Origin: an uncultured delta proteobacterium
GTDB taxonomy: Bacteria > Myxococcota_A > Polyangia > Polyangiales > JAFGIB01
DNA length: 64,000 nt
Assembly: GCA_963778655.1 (NCBI GenBank)
Contig: CAVZVA010000011.1
Location: forward strand, 320,001-384,000
Reading direction: 5' to 3'
Under the pieces are notes generated by a model. The model did not search any database, was not told the DNA's origin, and worked only from the letters and a program-made list of their open reading frames with translations. The position numbers were made by a program, and so were the translations under genes. Below are positions 60,441 through 64,000 of this stretch, piece after piece. Numbering within the stretch: position 1 is the first letter of the stretch; the number at the start of each line of letters is the position of its first letter.

Positions 60441-63400
60441 CAGTCGCGTCGCCAGCGCCCGGGCAAGAGCATTTGCGCCCACCGAGCTGGAGCAACGATC
60501 TCCTCGGCGGCCATCGCCGCATCCGCCTCGGCAATCAAGGCTTCCCCCTGCTCGCCACCGAGCAACGCCCCGAGTCGACGCAGAGCCGCCGCACCGTGCA
60601 TCGTCATATTCGCGCGCTTCGCCGTTTCGACCGACGCGCGCAGCGATGCGACCGCAGCGCACTCATCGCCGCGGGCATTCGCGATGGAAGCGTCGAGCAT
60701 CTCCGACAGCAACGTGGTCCAACCCATCCGCTCGCGTCCGAGTCGACGGGCCAACCGCGTCGCCTCGGAGAGCCGCGCCCCGCGGTGTGCGGGGCTCGCA
60801 TCGACGGAGGCGACCGCCGCGCGACCGCGGACGAAATCTGTCAGCCCGCGGATGATCTGCGCCTGGAGCAGAAGACTCTTGCGAAGAGGAGACGTATCGC
60901 GGGCGACGCGTTCGTAGGCGCTCGCTCCATCCCCCACGTACAGCTCGATCTGCGCCTCGGCCAGCATGGCTTGCCAGTGCTGGATGACGAACCGCAACCG
61001 CGGCCACCGCGCCATTCCCTCGCGAGCGTGCCGGCGCGCGTCGTCGGGGTCGTCGGCGGCGAGCCACGCGACGATGGGATGGCTCGCGCGCATGTGCGCG
61101 AGCATGAAGAGATCACCGCGATCCTCGGCTTCCGCGATGAGTCGAGGCAGCCTACTTCTGAGCTCATGAATCCGTCCTGCGTACACCATCGAGCACACGC
61201 AAAAGACGTTTACGTTCGACGTCATGCCCGCGCGATGGGCCGGAAAATCCTGCAGCACGGAGTCGAGCTCCCTGACCGCCGCGTTCCATCGGCCGCGGCA
61301 ATAGTGGCTGATCCCGATGTTCGACCGGAAGAATGCCTGCGCCTCCGGGTTGGAAGTCGTTTCGACGAGCTGCCTGGCCGTTTGCTCGAGCGCGAGCTCT
61401 TGGTTTCCTTCGATGCCCCCGCCCGCGGATACGAGTGACATCTGTAGGGTTGCCGCGCGCTGGATCGCCACCCGCTCGCCGGCGCGCAGCGCCGCGACGA
61501 GGTACCGGGACGTCATGCACGCCGAGAGGACCACGTCGATCGAGCCGAACCCGAGCGCGGCCGTGAAGAGCGCGTCGAGGCGAAGTTGGTCCCGTTGGCG
61601 GAGCTCGTCGACGGCGCGACCGCGAAACCCGAGGCCCCGCACGCGGAGCCATAGCCGATAGAGCAGGAGCCACACAACGGCGCTCACTGCGTTGCCGGGC
61701 GCCTTCAGGCTGACGTCCGAGAGGACGCGATGCAGGACTGCGGCGCCCTCGTCGATGCGCCCGCAGGTGAGCAGCTGCTCGGCGGCCGCGCGTTCGAGCG
61801 CCGTGCGCTCGCCGGCCGGCGCGACTCGTGCGACCTCCTCGTAGACGCGCGCAGCCTCGGTGCCGCGCCCCGCCCACTCGAGAACCTGCGCGAGCCGAAG
61901 CCGGAGACGCCGGCCGTCCTCGGACGACGCCGAAACCGTCGCCGTGGCCATCCGGAACAGCTGTGCGGCGCGATCGAAGGCGAGCTTGGCCGTGGCCTGT
62001 TCGGCAGCCGCCTCCGCGAACTTCGCCCCGAGCTCGCCCTCCCCCGCGCCGAACAGGTGGACGGCGATCATCTCGGCGTTGGCGTCCGCGGTTGACTCGA
62101 GCACTCGTGCGAGGCGGCCATGGTGCTCGCGAGTGACCTCGGCCGAAAGCTGTGCCGCCACCGTCTCGCGAATGCGATCGTGGGACATCTCGACGACTTC
62201 GCGGCCGTCGCGCAGCCCGCCCCGGACGAAGCGATGCGCACGCAACAGCCCGATGAGCTCGTCGGCCCGTTCGTCGACCTGGGCCGCCGACGCAGCAATG
62301 GAGACCGGAACGGGTCTGCCTTCAATCGCGATCACCTCCAGAAGGCGTCGCGCATCCTCCGGCAGTTGCCGAGAGCGCTCGCTCACCATCTGCTCGAGCG
62401 TGACGGACGACAGATCCACGGGCCCTGCCGGTGCGTCGGCGTGTGTTGCGCTGGAGAGACTGCACGCGAGCTCCTCGATGAGAAATGGGCTACCGCCGGA
62501 CTCGCGAGCGACGGACCGCGCGACGAGCCGCGACCGCTCTGCCGCTCCGAGGAGCGCGAAGGCCAGCCGCTCGGCGTCGTCCGGCCAAAGGGGGCCGACG
62601 TCCAGCTCCCGCACCGCGACCTGCTTCGGCATGCGCGCTCGCATCGCGCGGAGGAAGTCGCTGTTCGCCGCTTCGTTGTCCCTGTAGCTCACGATGAGCA
62701 ACACTCGGAGCGGCGGACGAAGCAGCTCGAGCAGCAGCGCGGCGCTGTCGGCATCGCCCCATTGTGCGTCGTCGATGTAGAGGATGAGTCGCCGGCGCGC
62801 TGCCGCCGACACGGTGAGCTCGCGAAGCGCGACGAACGCGCGCCGTCGGACGCGCATCGGCTCGAGCACGACTTCCTTGGACGTGGCGGGGATGCCGGGC
62901 ACGCGCCCGAGGACAGGAAAGACCTTGGCGACGACTCCGATGTCATCCGGCAGCCGAACGGGGTCGCCCTCCCTCGCGCTGCGAACCAGGTGCAAGCTCA
63001 AGGCGTCGACGATTGCATCCACCGCCTTGAACGGAACGGATTCGCGCTCGTAGGCCCGGCCACGGAGCACGAGGGCCTCGCTCCGCAGCACCTGTTCGTC
63101 CAGGAACTGACGAATCAGGGCCGATTTCCCCATGCCGGAAAGCCCCGCAGCAAACACTGCGACCTGGCCGTCGGCGTCCGTCGCGTCGAGAGCCGCACCG
63201 AGAGCCTGCAAATGCGTTTCGCGGCCGACCAGCGCCGGCCCCGTGTGCATGCGCGCACGCGTGACCTCGTTCAGGCCGTCCGGCGAGCCGCCGAGCCGCC
63301 GCAGAATCTCGGTCCCAGTCGGACGCCTCTCCGGGGCCCGAGAGAGCAGCGCCAGGCAGAGAGACTCGAGGTCCGCCGGAACGCCACACCCTCGCTGACT

Positions 63401-64000
63401 GGGCGGTACAGGATCGTCCGCCAGCTTCTGAGCGATGATCTCGCTCGCCGAACCCACGAACGGACGCGCGCCCGCGAGTGCGGCATAGAGCATGACGCCG
63501 ACGCTGTACCAGTCGCTCGCCGGGTGCGGCGCCGCCCGCAACGCTTGCTCAGGCGCCATGTACGGCGCGGTGCCCACGATCTCGCGTTCACCCGACGAAT
63601 GGCCGGGGATGGTCGAGAGCTCCGCGGCGACCCCGAAATCCAGGATCACGACGCGCCCCTCGGCAGTGACGAGCACGTTCGATGGCTTGATGTCGCGATG
63701 GAGCTTGCCGGCGGAGTGGAGTGCGAGGACGCCCTCCACGAGCTGCCGGAAGGCGTGGCGCAGGCGCACGTAGTCGACCGTCTCCTGTGCGTCCCTCACG
63801 TAGTGGAGAAAGTGCGTTCCTCGCACGAGCTCCATGGTGAAGAAGACTTCACCCGATTCACTCGCGACGAACTCGTACAGGTCGACCAGGCTCGGGTGCT
63901 GAACGTCGGCGAGCGTGCGAAATTCCTGCTTGAAGCGGTAAACCGATGCGGGATTGGCCTGCTGCAGCGTCTTCAACGCCACGGAGCGTTGCGCGTCCTG
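60440..64000 (-). CDS. Large Ser/Thr kinase with AAA/NTPase and helical domains, 5'-truncated by window edge
   Basis: VALK, HRDIKPSN, DFG, APE, intact P-loop GLSGMGKS, IDDAQWGD. Confidence 0.92.
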   Translation of the reverse strand, partial: QDAQRSVALKTLQQANPASVYRFKQEFRTLADVQHPSLVDLYEFVASESGEVFFTMELVRGTHFLHYVRDAQETVDYVRLRHAFRQLVEGVLALHSAGKLHRDIKPSNVLVTAEGRVVILDFGVAAELSTIPGHSSGEREIVGTAPYMAPEQALRAAPHPASDWYSVGVMLYAALAGARPFVGSASEIIAQKLADDPVPPSQRGCGVPADLESLCLALLSRAPERRPTGTEILRRLGGSPDGLNEVTRARMHTGPALVGRETHLQALGAALDATDADGQVAVFAAGLSGMGKSALIRQFLDEQVLRSEALVLRGRAYERESVPFKAVDAIVDALSLHLVRSAREGDPVRLPDDIGVVAKVFPVLGRVPGIPATSKEVVLEPMRVRRRAFVALRELTVSAAARRRLILYIDDAQWGDADSAALLLELLRPPLRVLLIVSYRDNEAANSDFLRAMRARMPKQVAVRELDVGPLWPDDAERLAFALLGAAERSRLVARSVARESGGSPFLIEELACSLSSATHADAPAGPVDLSSVTLEQMVSERSRQLPEDARRLLEVIAIEGRPVPVSIAASAAQVDERADELIGLLRAHRFVRGGLRDGREVVEMSHDRIRETVAAQLSAEVTREHHGRLARVLESTADANAEMIAVHLFGAGEGELGAKFAEAAAEQATAKLAFDRAAQLFRMATATVSASSEDGRRLRLRLAQVLEWAGRGTEAARVYEEVARVAPAGERTALERAAAEQLLTCGRIDEGAAVLHRVLSDVSLKAPGNAVSAVVWLLLYRLWLRVRGLGFRGRAVDELRQRDQLRLDALFTAALGFGSIDVVLSACMTSRYLVAALRAGERVAIQRAATLQMSLVSAGGGIEGNQELALEQTARQLVETTSNPEAQAFFRSNIGISHYCRGRWNAAVRELDSVLQDFPAHRAGMTSNVNVFCVCSMVYAGRIHELRSRLPRLIAEAEDRGDLFMLAHMRASHPIVAWLAADDPDDARRHAREGMARWPRLRFVIQHWQAMLAEAQIELYVGDGASAYERVARDTSPLRKSLLLQAQIIRGLTDFVRGRAAVASVDASPAHRGARLSEATRLARRLGRERMGWTTLLSEMLDASIANARGDECAAVASLRASVETAKRANMTMHGAAALRRLGALLGGEQGEALIAEADAAMAAEEIVAPARWAQMLLPGRWRRD

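Overview
High-GC bacterial DNA whose gene families (giant Ser/Thr kinase-ATPase proteins, PilZ-J-TPR protein, Cys-rich lipoproteins, MYXO-CTERM-like anchor, ECF sigma/anti-sigma cassette) point to Myxococcota, probably Polyangiales-like. About 45 genes. They include a five-gene HlyD/ABC-2 exporter, three large Ser/Thr kinase-ATPase-helical proteins, a divergent GGDEF-EAL / PilZ pair, an ATP-grasp ligase fused to a DmpA/BapA-type peptidase, and a guanidine carboxylase-type operon with no allophanate hydrolase in the window. There is also a translationally coupled operon of a class I isoprenoid-synthase-fold enzyme, ribBA and a geranylgeranyl-reductase-like flavoenzyme. A DUF2271 lipoprotein sits with two surface proteins carrying heme-c-like motifs, and a 1426-aa Cys-rich C-type-lectin lipoprotein follows. 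Lipid and glycogen genes fill the rest. No rRNA, tRNA, CRISPR array or intact transposase was seen. Two TA-bounded palindromic MITE-like elements share terminal inverted repeats. Two apparent frameshifts and two gene remnants were found. The best candidates for undescribed systems are the ligase-peptidase fusion, the isoprenoid-fold/ribBA/reductase operon, the DUF2271-heme surface module and the MITE family. All calls come from motif reading by eye; no database searches were run.
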